NCBI GenBank assembly: GCA_016840065.1
Contig: JAEOTB010000037.1
Location: forward strand, 1-64,000
Direction: 5' to 3'
DNA: 64,000 bases
Source: Candidatus Hermodarchaeota archaeon
Lineage (GTDB): Archaea; Asgardarchaeota; Hermodarchaeia; Hermodarchaeales; Hermodarchaeaceae
The notes beneath the pieces are model-generated. The model made no database searches and was not told the DNA's origin. It saw only the letters and a program-made list of their open reading frames with translations. Shown here one piece after another: positions 39,341 through 49,105 of this stretch (within the stretch, counting starts at the first letter, position 1; every line of letters begins with the position of its first letter). The position numbers were made by a program, and so were the translations under genes.

Positions 39341-40383
39341 ATGAGTGAACCTCCATCAACCCCAACTCCCCCTCCTCCAGCAGAACCTGCACCCCCTCCA
39401 GTAGAATCATCTGGAATGACAATAGCCGAAGTCCGTAGCCACGCTACACGAATACTCGACGAAGTAAACAAACTAGTAGTCGGGAAGCGCCACTTACTTC
39501 AGAATATACTGATTGGTCTGCTCAGCGGCGGGCACATCCTGCTAGAGGGCGTTTAAGGAACGCTCGGCAAAAAGGTGTTCCCGGTATTGCCAAGACGTAT
39601 GCAGCTAATACATTCGCGCAAGCTGTTGGTTGTTTGTTCAAACGAGTCCAATTCACTCCAGACCTCTTACCTGTTGACGTGACTGGGCATTCAATCTTTA
39701 ATCCTAGCTCCGGTGAGTTTTCTCTCCGAAAAGGTCCAGTCTTTACAAACGTTCTCTTAGCTGACGAGATTAACCGCTCCCCGCCAAAAACCCAATCGTC
39801 TCTACTTGAAGCTATGCAGGAAAAGCAAGTTACTATCGAGGGAACGACACTCCCCCTGCCCCACCCATTTATGGTTCTAGCGACACAAAATCCAATCGAA
39901 CTTGAGGGGACCTATCCTCTTCCCGAAGCGCAAGTTGACCGTTTTCTCTTCAAACTTCACGTCGATTATCCTTCTGAAACAGAGGAGGTAGAAATTCTTC
40001 GTCGGAGACATATCGGAGTAGGAAGTCGGGTAGACGCTGTAGTAAACCCGAACATCATTTTACGGATGCAGAGTACAATAAGAGAAGTGTTTGTCGAACC
40101 GCACATTTTGAACTACATAAGAGACATAGTCGTGCGGACTCGGAATGACCCTCAAATCCTCATCGGCGGCTCCCCACGTGCCTCAATTGTTCTCTTAGAA
40201 ACCTCGAAAGCCCACGCCGCGTTACAAGGCAGAGACTTTGTAACACCAGACGACATAAAGATGCTAGTACGCCATACCTTGAACCATCGCTTAATTCTGA
40301 AACCTGAAGCAGAACTTGAGGGCGCTTCGGTCCACTCTGTAATCGATCGCATACTCCGTCAGATTGGAGTACCGGGAGCATAG
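39341..40383 (+). CDS. moxR: MoxR family AAA+ ATPase, spliced join(39341..39545,39572..40383), 338 aa
   Basis: After splicing: [14 protein letters not shown] (Walker A), [17 protein letters not shown] (Walker B), ATQNPIE and DRF. Confidence 0.9.
39546..39571 (+). other. 26-nt BHB/BHL-type mRNA intron AGGGCGTTTAAGGAACGCTCGGCAAA
   Basis: h' GGGCGTT/AACGCTC; H TGCT/GGCA; bulges AG^A and AA^A; exon-exon helix; excision restores frame and Walker A. Confidence 0.85.
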
Positions 40384-40389
40384 ACCCAA

Positions 40390-41712
40390 ATGTTCAGCGA
40401 GAGAGGCCGTACTGTTCTTCTCATCGGAATATTCGTACTAGTCGGGGGTTTCGCCTTCACAAACTACTTCCTGACACTCCTAGGTATCTTCCTAATTGTA
40501 GGATCAGTTGTAACCTCACCATATTTCCAACTTACAATGCCCTTAGAAAGTTTACAGGTCACACGGGAAATAGACAAGGCTAACTTCTTTCAGGGAGACT
40601 TCATCCACATCAAACTCGCAATAAGAAACACTGGACGAAGTCGGATTGACTCCATACGTATCTTCGATGTATATCCTGATATTTTCAGACTAGTTCTGGG
40701 GAAAAACGAGCTAGTCACACGAATCGACGCAGGACAAACAATAAAGTTTTCCTATATTATGCAGGGAACACTCCGGGGAAAATATACAATTGGACCCACG
40801 AAGTTCCAGATACATGACAGGCTTGAGTTCAGGTTCGAAGAGCTATCGGCAGAAAACCTAGATGAGATATTGATTTACCCAAGTTACCAAGACGCGCGGA
40901 TTATGGAATCCCTTGCTGCACGGCGAAGGGTAGGTTACGCATTTGGTATTCATAAAACTCGGCAGAAAATGGGTTCAGAGGATTTTGTAGGTATTCGTCG
41001 TTTTGTGAGTGGTGATGAATCTAGAAGGATAGATTGGAAAGCAGTAGCGCGTACTCACAAATTAATGGTGCGCGAGTACGAAACAGAGCGAAACATGAGA
41101 GTCTTCATAATTTTGGATTGTGGAGATACGATGAGTGCGGGAAAGGCTGAGAACAGTAAACTTGAGTATGCGATTCGTGCAGCACTTCTCCTTGCGAAAG
41201 CTGCGATGGAGCGTAAGGACAAGGTGGGGCTACTGGCCTGGTCTACCAGCCAAGATACCTATCTTAAACCTAGTCTTGGGGAGGGCCATTATTATCGACT
41301 CCTCGACATCTTGGCTGCTATAGAAGCAGGAGGAGAGTTTGATTTAGCTGCTGCAGTACAATTCGTCGCAGCGCATGTAACACAGCAGAGCTTCTTCATC
41401 ATCCTTTCAGATTGTGAAGCAAATAGAGCCCAGCTTGAGAAGGGTGTCAGATTGATTCGCGGTCACAAGCACCACGCTATAATTATCGCGCCTTTCGGTC
41501 CATGGTTCGAAATAGAGGATGTATACCTTTCACCAGTTGAACGTGCATTGGGTGAGGCAATAGTATACAAATTACTTGAAGAGCGCCGTGCCCTCTCACA
41601 GAGCTTCCGACGCGTAGGAGTTCCAATTATTGATGTGGGTCCTGGTGACATTTTACCGACACTACTAAGTGAATACCTGAAGGCAAAGAAGAAGGGAGTT
41701 GCACAAATCTAG
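40390..41712 (+). CDS. DUF58 (vWA-like) MoxR partner
   Basis: DFVGIRRF..GD..RRIDWKA.AR..KL.VREYE motif; LDCGDTM. Confidence 0.9.
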   Translation: MFSERGRTVLLIGIFVLVGGFAFTNYFLTLLGIFLIVGSVVTSPYFQLTMPLESLQVTREIDKANFFQGDFIHIKLAIRNTGRSRIDSIRIFDVYPDIFRLVLGKNELVTRIDAGQTIKFSYIMQGTLRGKYTIGPTKFQIHDRLEFRFEELSAENLDEILIYPSYQDARIMESLAARRRVGYAFGIHKTRQKMGSEDFVGIRRFVSGDESRRIDWKAVARTHKLMVREYETERNMRVFIILDCGDTMSAGKAENSKLEYAIRAALLLAKAAMERKDKVGLLAWSTSQDTYLKPSLGEGHYYRLLDILAAIEAGGEFDLAAAVQFVAAHVTQQSFFIILSDCEANRAQLEKGVRLIRGHKHHAIIIAPFGPWFEIEDVYLSPVERALGEAIVYKLLEERRALSQSFRRVGVPIIDVGPGDILPTLLSEYLKAKKKGVAQI

Positions 41713-41760
41713 ATAGGTGGTTAGCATGGAGGTGAAAACAGCATTTCGCGAATAACTCTT

Positions 41761-42963
41761 TTGGCGCTTCGGGGTGTAGCTGTCGTATCGTTCATAGTCT
41801 TTACTATGATTATTTTCTTGAACATCGATACTCAAGTCTGGAGTTCGCAGGTTCTAGTTACGTTTGCCATAGAGGCCCGGAACTTCATAAGCACTCTAAT
41901 CTCAATTCTTTCCTGGTTATTTGGACAATTACTTGGATGGTTATTTGGTCTTGGACATGAAGAGCTGACACAGATTTATGAGGCGACCAATGCATACTTC
42001 GCAGCACTGGGGTTTGGTAGTGTTCGAACCCTTGACCAAGCCATCCCAGCATTTCTCAGCAGCCTCTACTACCTCGGTTTTCAGCTACTCTTTCTGGCAG
42101 CGATCCTTGCAGGCATATTATCCCTATTCCGAATCAGCGGGCGGCTCACATCAATGTGCTTTGTCTCAATGATAGGGCTAGCCATGCTCGGAGCTGCTGC
42201 CCCCTCACTAACATTTCTAGAAACCTCCACCAGCTTCTTTGGAGCCAACTGGAGTGCAGATTCGAGCATCTTCTTAGATCCCGGAGCATTCTTTACTTCC
42301 ACAATTTTCCTTGTATCGATAATTTGTTACATCTATCTTGAAGCATCATATCAGGTTGTTTATTTTCACTCGCTTCTTGAGCCTCCCTCCATTAGAGAGG
42401 TACAACTCCGACGTCAATTATCAAGGCTCCGAGCTGATGCAGAACGAGAGGTTCCAGTCAGGAGTGACGAAGAGATTCCTGTCCCCAAGGTACTTCAGCG
42501 GATGTTGGGTTCCGAAGCCTTTAGGGTGATGCGGGAGGTTATTGGAAGGAAATTACTGCGCCGCGAATGGCTAATTGAATTAGAAGAGGCTCATGAAATT
42601 CGGCGATTAAATTCCTTTGTAGATAATTTGTTTCGAGTTGACGTTGAAGCAGAGTTGACCTTAACTGCTCGTGCAGCTACTCCCTCGCTCTCAAAAATGG
42701 CGGTTCTCTCACTTGTTTCCACCGTGCTTCGTTTTGCAGGTATCATCGTTGTTGCCTACTTGTCCTTTTATCCACTTTTCTTCATTGGGAGCATTGCTCC
42801 CTCGGTCATAATAGAATCTATCGATTTCCAATTCCTTACTGAAAAAATCATTATCCTCCTTCTACCCTTGTGCTTACTCTTTCCTCTTGCTTCAACTATT
42901 ATCAGTCGTCTCCGTCAACGTAATTCCCAATCAGAGGACACTACAAGTCAATCACAACAATAG
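41761..42963 (+). CDS. Polytopic membrane protein, last gene of the MoxR operon (natural start may be ATG 41726 with a 1-nt frame break)
   Basis: Multiple TM segments; SD-like AGGTGG before ATG 41726. Confidence 0.65.
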   Translation: MALRGVAVVSFIVFTMIIFLNIDTQVWSSQVLVTFAIEARNFISTLISILSWLFGQLLGWLFGLGHEELTQIYEATNAYFAALGFGSVRTLDQAIPAFLSSLYYLGFQLLFLAAILAGILSLFRISGRLTSMCFVSMIGLAMLGAAAPSLTFLETSTSFFGANWSADSSIFLDPGAFFTSTIFLVSIICYIYLEASYQVVYFHSLLEPPSIREVQLRRQLSRLRADAEREVPVRSDEEIPVPKVLQRMLGSEAFRVMREVIGRKLLRREWLIELEEAHEIRRLNSFVDNLFRVDVEAELTLTARAATPSLSKMAVLSLVSTVLRFAGIIVVAYLSFYPLFFIGSIAPSVIIESIDFQFLTEKIIILLLPLCLLFPLASTIISRLRQRNSQSEDTTSQSQQ

Positions 42964-43420
42964 CTCGTTGTGATGCACTTTCAGCAACAGATACAGCTAG
43001 TTGGTGTACATTTGGGAACTCTTGTTTTAAAACCGACCCTAACTTTGTAGCAAGAATCTTTGCTAACTCTTCCGCAGTTGTTTCAATAACGTCTAGTACT
43101 AAGACATCCTTTGTCGGAAAGGAGTATTCCCTTTCAGGAGTTTTAACCTCGGTATGTTCTCCTCTAGTTGAGATTTTAATTTGAGAGGAGTGGGCTGGTA
43201 GAAGGAGCCGGTGGTCCCATTCTTTACACAATAATCGTAGATGCTCCTTTACGACACGGAAATCAACAACCATTCCTTGAGAGTCGATTTCACCACTTAT
43301 CCGGACTGAGACTTGGTAATTGTGCCCATGCAGTCGTTCACATTTACCTCCTTCACTAACAAAATGGCCTGCCGAGAAGTCGATGCCCGATACTTCTATC
43401 AAAGTCTCTTTAATCATCAC
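42941..43420 (-). CDS. queD: 6-pyruvoyl/6-carboxy-tetrahydropterin synthase family protein
   Basis: FSAGH, CERLHGHNY, GMVVDF and TTAE motifs. Confidence 0.88.
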   Translation of the reverse strand: MMIKETLIEVSGIDFSAGHFVSEGGKCERLHGHNYQVSVRISGEIDSQGMVVDFRVVKEHLRLLCKEWDHRLLLPAHSSQIKISTRGEHTEVKTPEREYSFPTKDVLVLDVIETTAEELAKILATKLGSVLKQEFPNVHQLAVSVAESASQRAIVVIDL

Positions 43421-43464
43421 TATTCACAACTGATTCTTTATACATCTATTTTGGTCTAAAGGGT

Positions 43465-43500
43465 AGAAAAAGAGGAGGGGAGCGCCCACCAGGGGCGCGG
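43465..43500 (-). terminator. GC hairpin plus pyrimidine tract after the thermosome gene
   Basis: GCGCCC-ACCA-GGGGCGC next to a purine run on + (C/T run on -). Confidence 0.45.
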
Positions 43501-43502
43501 TT

Positions 43503-45173
43503 TTACATCATTCCTGGAGGCATACCACCCATTCCTGGAGGCATACCACCCATTCCAGGGGGCATACCACCGGGACCACCAGGAGGAGCTGCACTTCGTT
43601 TAGAAGCTATGACATCGTCGATTCGGAGAATAAGAGCAGCTGCCTCTGTAGCTGAACGGAGCGCGTGTGTTTTCACTCGTAAAGGTTCAATGACACCTGC
43701 CTGTAGCATATCCTTGGTTTTTCCTTCGAAGACATCCACACCGATATTCGTCTTGTTTGAACCGTGATCAGAGCGGAGTTCAACGATTATATCTATTGGA
43801 TCATGCCCAGCGTTCTCTGCTAATGTCTTGGGAATGATTTCCACTGCGTCAGCAAATTTCCTCACTGTTATCTGATCGCGTCCCTTGAGAGAACGGGCAT
43901 ACTCACGCAGGCGTGTTGCTACTTCGATTTCAGGCGCGCCACCACCTGGTACCACTTTGCCATCCTCAATGGCATCTCGAACAACGCAGATAGCGTCACG
44001 GAAGGCTCGCTCAGCTTCGTCAACAACTCTCTCAGTACCGCCACGAAGGAGGATACACACAGATTTTGGATCAGTGCATTCAACGACGAAGACCATCTTG
44101 TCATCACCGACTTTGCGCTCCTCTACGAGACCGCACTCACCTAAATCTTGAGCAGTCAGGTGAAGAACTGAAGAAACGGTACGCCCACCAGTAGCCCGGG
44201 CAAGCGCCTCCATATCGCTTTTCTTGATGCGACGGACAGCTAGAATACCTTCTTTAGCGAGGTAGTGTTGGACTTTATCATCAATACCTTTCTGGCAGAA
44301 AACCACGTTTGCACCTGTTTCCTTAATCTTATCTGCGATGTTTTTCAACATCCTTGCTTCCTCTTCGAGGAATGCCTTCATTTGTTCAGGATCAGTGATT
44401 CGGATTTCTGCATCCATCTCTGTCTTCTCGACTTCCAACGAAGCGTTGAGAAGTGCAATCTTGGCACCCTTAATCATCGTTGGCATTTCTGAATGGACAA
44501 CTTCTTTATCAATAATCAAACCCCGAATAAGTTGGGTCTCATCGAGTGAGCCACCCTCCTTCTTCTCCACCTTGATGTGATCGATGTCTGCAACAATTCC
44601 TTTCGGAGTTTTTTCAGCTATTTGCAGCACTGCATCAACGGCAATGGGACTAAGAGAGTCCACCTCAGAAAAGACTAGCTTGCTAGCCATCGAAGTGTTC
44701 ACAATTTGTAAGAGCTTTTCCCGGTCTTCCATTGAACAGGGAATACTCATACTTTCAAGAACTTCATCAGCTTTCTCAACCGCTTTCCTGTAACCAGAGA
44801 TGATTACAGAAGAATGGATGTTCAATGTCAACATTGTTTGCGCTTGCTTGAGAAGTTCACCACAGAGAATAACAGCGGTAGTGGTACCATCACCCACTTC
44901 AGCATCTTGAGCTTTTGCGACCTGCACTAGCATTTTGGCTGCTGGGTGCTGCACCTCAATCTCGTCGAGGATTGTAGCGCCGTCATTAGTAATTGTGACA
45001 TCTCCTAGGCTATCCACTAGCATCTTGTCTTGACCACGAGGTCCAAGTGATGAGCGGATAGCATCAGCCAAGGCGCGAATGGCCATGATGTTGTTATAGC
45101 GGGCATCCCGGCCGCGAGATCTTTCAGTACCTTCTTTCAGTATGATTACAGGTACTCCGGATAACTGAGACAT
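43503..45173 (-). CDS. ths: Thermosome (group II chaperonin) subunit
   Basis: [19 protein letters not shown] and LRIDD motifs; GGM tail. Confidence 0.97.
   Translation of the reverse strand: MSQLSGVPVIILKEGTERSRGRDARYNNIMAIRALADAIRSSLGPRGQDKMLVDSLGDVTITNDGATILDEIEVQHPAAKMLVQVAKAQDAEVGDGTTTAVILCGELLKQAQTMLTLNIHSSVIISGYRKAVEKADEVLESMSIPCSMEDREKLLQIVNTSMASKLVFSEVDSLSPIAVDAVLQIAEKTPKGIVADIDHIKVEKKEGGSLDETQLIRGLIIDKEVVHSEMPTMIKGAKIALLNASLEVEKTEMDAEIRITDPEQMKAFLEEEARMLKNIADKIKETGANVVFCQKGIDDKVQHYLAKEGILAVRRIKKSDMEALARATGGRTVSSVLHLTAQDLGECGLVEERKVGDDKMVFVVECTDPKSVCILLRGGTERVVDEAERAFRDAICVVRDAIEDGKVVPGGGAPEIEVATRLREYARSLKGRDQITVRKFADAVEIIPKTLAENAGHDPIDIIVELRSDHGSNKTNIGVDVFEGKTKDMLQAGVIEPLRVKTHALRSATEAAALILRIDDVIASKRSAAPPGGPGGMPPGMGGMPPGMGGMPPGMM
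43509..43571. repeat. 3 x 21-nt tandem repeat encoding the GGMPPGM chaperonin tail
   Basis: CATTCCTGGAGGCATACCACC twice plus one variant copy. Confidence 0.9.
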
Positions 45174-45353
45174 TTTTATGGTTCCTCAATTAGCTTGAAT
45201 CGGTTCGGCAATCCTTGCACTTCAATAAAAGTCTTACGTAACTGCGACGAGGAAATGCTAATTCAGACTTCAATCTTGTACGTAGTAGTTAGCAATGACC
45301 CTCGATACATTATGTTGTCTTGGATTAGATAGTCCACGACGCCAGTTTCTTGT

Positions 45354-45956
45354 TTACAATTCGCTAAGAGATTCAAATTCCCAATCGGGGAATATATTGC
45401 GAAGCAGTTGCACGACTCCTCGAGACAGAAATACTATTTCCATCATAAATGCCATTGCAAGAATCTCAATCCATGCTTTTAGAGAAATCCCGAGAGCTAT
45501 AACAAACCCAGTGGCAGCATCTGGAGGCCAGCCGAATAATGGCATTACATTCACGAAGAGCCAGATGGTGAAGAAGCATTCAGGGATGTAGCTGACTGTT
45601 ACTGCTACTAGTGGGCGCTTTACATAGCGCTGGATGATACCGCAGAATCCTCCGGTTAACGCCTTCCCAAAAGGAAGAGCGATTAGACCAAAAACGCCTA
45701 GTTGTCCATGAGTAAAACCGAATGCGAATCCAGGATAAATCCCGACAATGGCTCCTGTAATTAAACCGACAAGTGGTCCACCAGGAATCGCAGCGAGGAA
45801 CGTTCCAACATGAGAGAAGTCTAGATCGATTCCTGGCGCTATAGAAGGTAGGAACTCGATAGTTATGATGGCTAGAGCTGTACCTAATGCAGCCATAATC
45901 GCGATATAAGCTATTGCCTTTGATGTGAGACGTCTTTCTGTCTTCAGCTTTGGCAT
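45354..45956 (-). CDS. ECF-type S component membrane protein
   Basis: AIMAAL, LDFSH and GP..G motifs; about 5-6 TM. Confidence 0.7.
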   Translation of the reverse strand: MPKLKTERRLTSKAIAYIAIMAALGTALAIITIEFLPSIAPGIDLDFSHVGTFLAAIPGGPLVGLITGAIVGIYPGFAFGFTHGQLGVFGLIALPFGKALTGGFCGIIQRYVKRPLVAVTVSYIPECFFTIWLFVNVMPLFGWPPDAATGFVIALGISLKAWIEILAMAFMMEIVFLSRGVVQLLRNIFPDWEFESLSEL

Positions 45957-46008
45957 GGCGTTTCCTCCCGTTGAGAGTTATCTTTGGTTTGCTCTCCCTA
46001 TTTAAGAG

Positions 46009-47502
46009 ATGCTACTCATCAAAGTGTATGAGTTGTTTGTAGAGTTAGGGAAAGTTATATCTGATTGTTTACCCGCGACTGAAGAGAGGTTGACTTCCAT
46101 GCCTACTTTTCGCCATCCATTCCTCCCCAATGCAGATGAGCAGCAGAAAGAAATGCTCGCCAAGCTGGGTATAACTACCGTCGAAGAGCTGTTCAAAGAT
46201 ATTCCTTCGAAATTCAAGTTTAAGGGAAAAATGAAAATCCCTGTAGGACTATCTGAAACAGAGGTCCGCCGCCATATTGAGAAACTTTTAGAGAAAAATT
46301 CAAACCCAGCTTCTTTTCTTAGTTTCCTAGGGGGTGGAGTCTGGCCTCATATGATTCCTGAGGTGGTTCATTCAGTCACAGGTCGTACTGAATTCTATAC
46401 AGCCTACACACCATATCAGGCCGAGATAAGTCAAGGTATGCTACAAGCACTCTTTGAGTACCAGAGTCTTATAGCGGAGCTTGTGGATCTTCCAGTAGTA
46501 AATGCTTCAATGTACGACTGGGCAAGCTCGCTAGGAGAAGCGGCGCTTATGACGCGACGCCTTACAAAGCGCTCCGCCTTCCTCATCCCCGAGTTCATCG
46601 CACCTAATCGGCGAGCAGTCCTAACTACTTACACAGCGCCAACTGATATTAAAATAAAGAGTGTACCCAGCGACCCAGTTCAAGGTAAAACTGATTTAGA
46701 GCAACTAAAGGAGAAGATGAACAGCAATGTTGCGGGCATTTATATTGAGAACCCCGCATATTTAGGATACTTGGAGCCAGATGTCGATGCAATTGCCGAA
46801 ATAGCACATGACTCTGGTGCATTGTTTGTTGTAGGTGTAGATCCTATTTCATTGGGGATTATTCGTCCCCCAGGCAATTATGACGCTGATATTGTAATCG
46901 GGGAGGGGCAGCCACTAGGCAATAACGTATACTTTGGTGGATCCCTGTTGGGTCTATTTGCCTGTAAGGATGACCGGAAAATATTGCGCCAGATGCCTGG
47001 AAGACTAATTGGATTGACCACCACAAAAGAGGGAGACAAAAGGGGATTTGTGATGACATTGCAAGCTCGAGAACAACATATACGGCGTGAGCGTGCAACA
47101 TCGAACATCTGTTCAAATCAAGCCCTTTGTGCTGTAGCAGCAGCTGCTTACCTTTGCACCCTAGGACCCACAGGGCTTCGGAAATTAGGAGAACGGATAA
47201 TGCAGTTGCGGCATTACACTGAACAAAAACTATCCCGTGTTGAAGGGATTCTAGCACCACGGTTTCAGGCTTCACACTTCAAGGAGTTCGTATTTTCACT
47301 TGACGAAGCCACAGCCAAGCGATTCTCTATTCAAAAAATGATGGCCAAAATTAGCCAAGAGAGAATTCAAGGTGGAATTCCATTGAACAAGGAGTTCCCC
47401 AAGTTGAAGGAATCCGCGCTAGTTTGCGTCACTGAACTCCAAACTAAGGAGTCCATCGATAAATTTACCGCGTCAATTCAGCAAATCCTGGAGGTGAACT
47501 AA
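46009..47502 (+). CDS. gcvPA: Glycine dehydrogenase subunit 1 (probable start ATG 46098)
   Basis: FYTAYTPYQAEISQG, NASMYD and REQHIRRERATSNICSN motifs. Confidence 0.96.
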   Translation: MLLIKVYELFVELGKVISDCLPATEERLTSMPTFRHPFLPNADEQQKEMLAKLGITTVEELFKDIPSKFKFKGKMKIPVGLSETEVRRHIEKLLEKNSNPASFLSFLGGGVWPHMIPEVVHSVTGRTEFYTAYTPYQAEISQGMLQALFEYQSLIAELVDLPVVNASMYDWASSLGEAALMTRRLTKRSAFLIPEFIAPNRRAVLTTYTAPTDIKIKSVPSDPVQGKTDLEQLKEKMNSNVAGIYIENPAYLGYLEPDVDAIAEIAHDSGALFVVGVDPISLGIIRPPGNYDADIVIGEGQPLGNNVYFGGSLLGLFACKDDRKILRQMPGRLIGLTTTKEGDKRGFVMTLQAREQHIRRERATSNICSNQALCAVAAAAYLCTLGPTGLRKLGERIMQLRHYTEQKLSRVEGILAPRFQASHFKEFVFSLDEATAKRFSIQKMMAKISQERIQGGIPLNKEFPKLKESALVCVTELQTKESIDKFTASIQQILEVN

Positions 47503-47505
47503 CTA

Positions 47506-49044
47506 ATGACCGAGTTCCGTCAAGCGCGTTGGAAAGAACCACTAATTTTCGAGCGATCGACCCCAGGAACCATAGCTTATTCTTTGCCCACGGTCGAAAG
47601 AGAAGTGCAGGCAGCTTTACCTAAGCCGATGGAGTCTATTCCCAAGAGCTTGAGGCGTCGGACACCGCTAGAACTCCCAGAACTTTCGGAACCAGAGGTC
47701 TTGCAGCACTTTGTTCGTCTTTCACAGATGAATTACTGTGTGGATTTAGGGCTGTATCCATTAGGCAGCTGCACGATGAAATATAACCCTCCAATTAACG
47801 AGCGAATCGTACAAAATCCTAATTTCTCCCTTCTACACCCACATCAAGATGACTCGGATATTCAGGGGATTTTACAGATTCTCTACGAGTTACAGCAATG
47901 GCTTGGAGAGATTACAGGAATGAATCAAATCTCTCTTCAACCCGCAGCAGGCGCCCATGGCGAATTTGCGGGAGCTCTTATTATCAGGGCATACCATGCG
48001 GAACATGATGAACTAGCAACAAGACGAGAAATTATTATTCCAGACTCGGCTCATGGAACTAATCCTGCCAGTGCAGCAATGGCTGGTTTTGACGTTGTTG
48101 TTGTTCCCTCAAACAAAGAGGGGCAGGTGGATTTGCAAGCACTCAAGTCTGCCGTGTCCGAAAGAACCGCTGGATTGATGTTAACTAATCCTAACACCCT
48201 TGGTCTCTTCGAACAAAATATCGAGTCTATCGCGAAAATCATACATGACGCGGGAGGGCTCCTCTATTATGATGGCGCGAATCTAAATGCTACTCTAGGA
48301 CGTGTGCGCCCAGGGGACATGGGATTTGATATTGTACACTTAAATCTCCACAAGACCTTTGCTACGCCTCATGGCGGCGGCGGACCTGGTGCGGGACCAA
48401 TAGGCGTTAAGGAATCATTATCACCATTCTTACCCATTCCAATCGTTTCCTATGATGGAACTAGGTATTATCTTGATGAAGAACGTCCAAAGACAATCGG
48501 GCGCGTTCATGGGTTTCTGGGTAATATCCCTGTACTGGTGAAAGCATATGCCTATATTCTGCAAATGGGAAGAAGAGGGTTGAAAGCTGTAGCAGAGCAC
48601 GCTGTCCTTAATGCAAACTATATCATGAATAGCCTAAAGAATGTAAAAGGCTACTCTATCCCTTTTGCACCAGATACTTGGCGAATGCACGAAGTAGTGA
48701 TTAGCGCAAAGCCCTTACTACGCGAGACAGGTGTTAGTGCTCGTGATGTAGCGAAAGCACTCCTAGATCGCGGACTTCATGCACCAACATTCTATTTCCC
48801 AGCGATTGTTGATCAAGCGCTTATGATTGAACCAACAGAAACCTTCAGTAAGGATGAATTGGATCGCTTCATAGAAGCACTCAAGGAAATCTCGAATCTC
48901 GCTTATGATAATCCTGCCATGATTCTCAAAAGCCCCCAGCATACAGCAACGAGTCGCTTACATGAGGCCAAGGCAGCTCACCCACGTACAATGGCACTAT
49001 CTTGGAGAATGTACCAAAAGCGGCTAAGGTCAAAACCCAGTTAG
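47506..49044 (+). CDS. gcvPB: Glycine dehydrogenase subunit 2
   Basis: PLGSCTMKYNP and HLNLHKTFATPHGGGGPG motifs. Confidence 0.96.
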   Translation: MTEFRQARWKEPLIFERSTPGTIAYSLPTVEREVQAALPKPMESIPKSLRRRTPLELPELSEPEVLQHFVRLSQMNYCVDLGLYPLGSCTMKYNPPINERIVQNPNFSLLHPHQDDSDIQGILQILYELQQWLGEITGMNQISLQPAAGAHGEFAGALIIRAYHAEHDELATRREIIIPDSAHGTNPASAAMAGFDVVVVPSNKEGQVDLQALKSAVSERTAGLMLTNPNTLGLFEQNIESIAKIIHDAGGLLYYDGANLNATLGRVRPGDMGFDIVHLNLHKTFATPHGGGGPGAGPIGVKESLSPFLPIPIVSYDGTRYYLDEERPKTIGRVHGFLGNIPVLVKAYAYILQMGRRGLKAVAEHAVLNANYIMNSLKNVKGYSIPFAPDTWRMHEVVISAKPLLRETGVSARDVAKALLDRGLHAPTFYFPAIVDQALMIEPTETFSKDELDRFIEALKEISNLAYDNPAMILKSPQHTATSRLHEAKAAHPRTMALSWRMYQKRLRSKPS

Positions 49045-49105
49045 GCTGAATTCCTAGTAATACCTCAAACAGCAGATACAACCTATTAGAAGGGGTTCAG
49101 TAGGG

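Noticed and set aside
39541-39580. moxR break as a simple pseudogene or one-base sequencing error
   Set aside because: A single-base fix would leave about 9 extra residues (RLRNARQK) between strand 1 and the P-loop. The rest of the gene and operon is intact, and structure-predicted cut sites independently restore the consensus.
39520-39590. IRE1/XBP1-type splice signal (same 26-nt length)
   Set aside because: No paired 7-nt CNG^CNG loops at the junctions; the geometry is BHB-like, so the length match is treated as coincidence.
43509-43571. 21-nt tandem repeats as a CRISPR or mobile repeat
   Set aside because: No spacers; they encode the standard GGM chaperonin tail.
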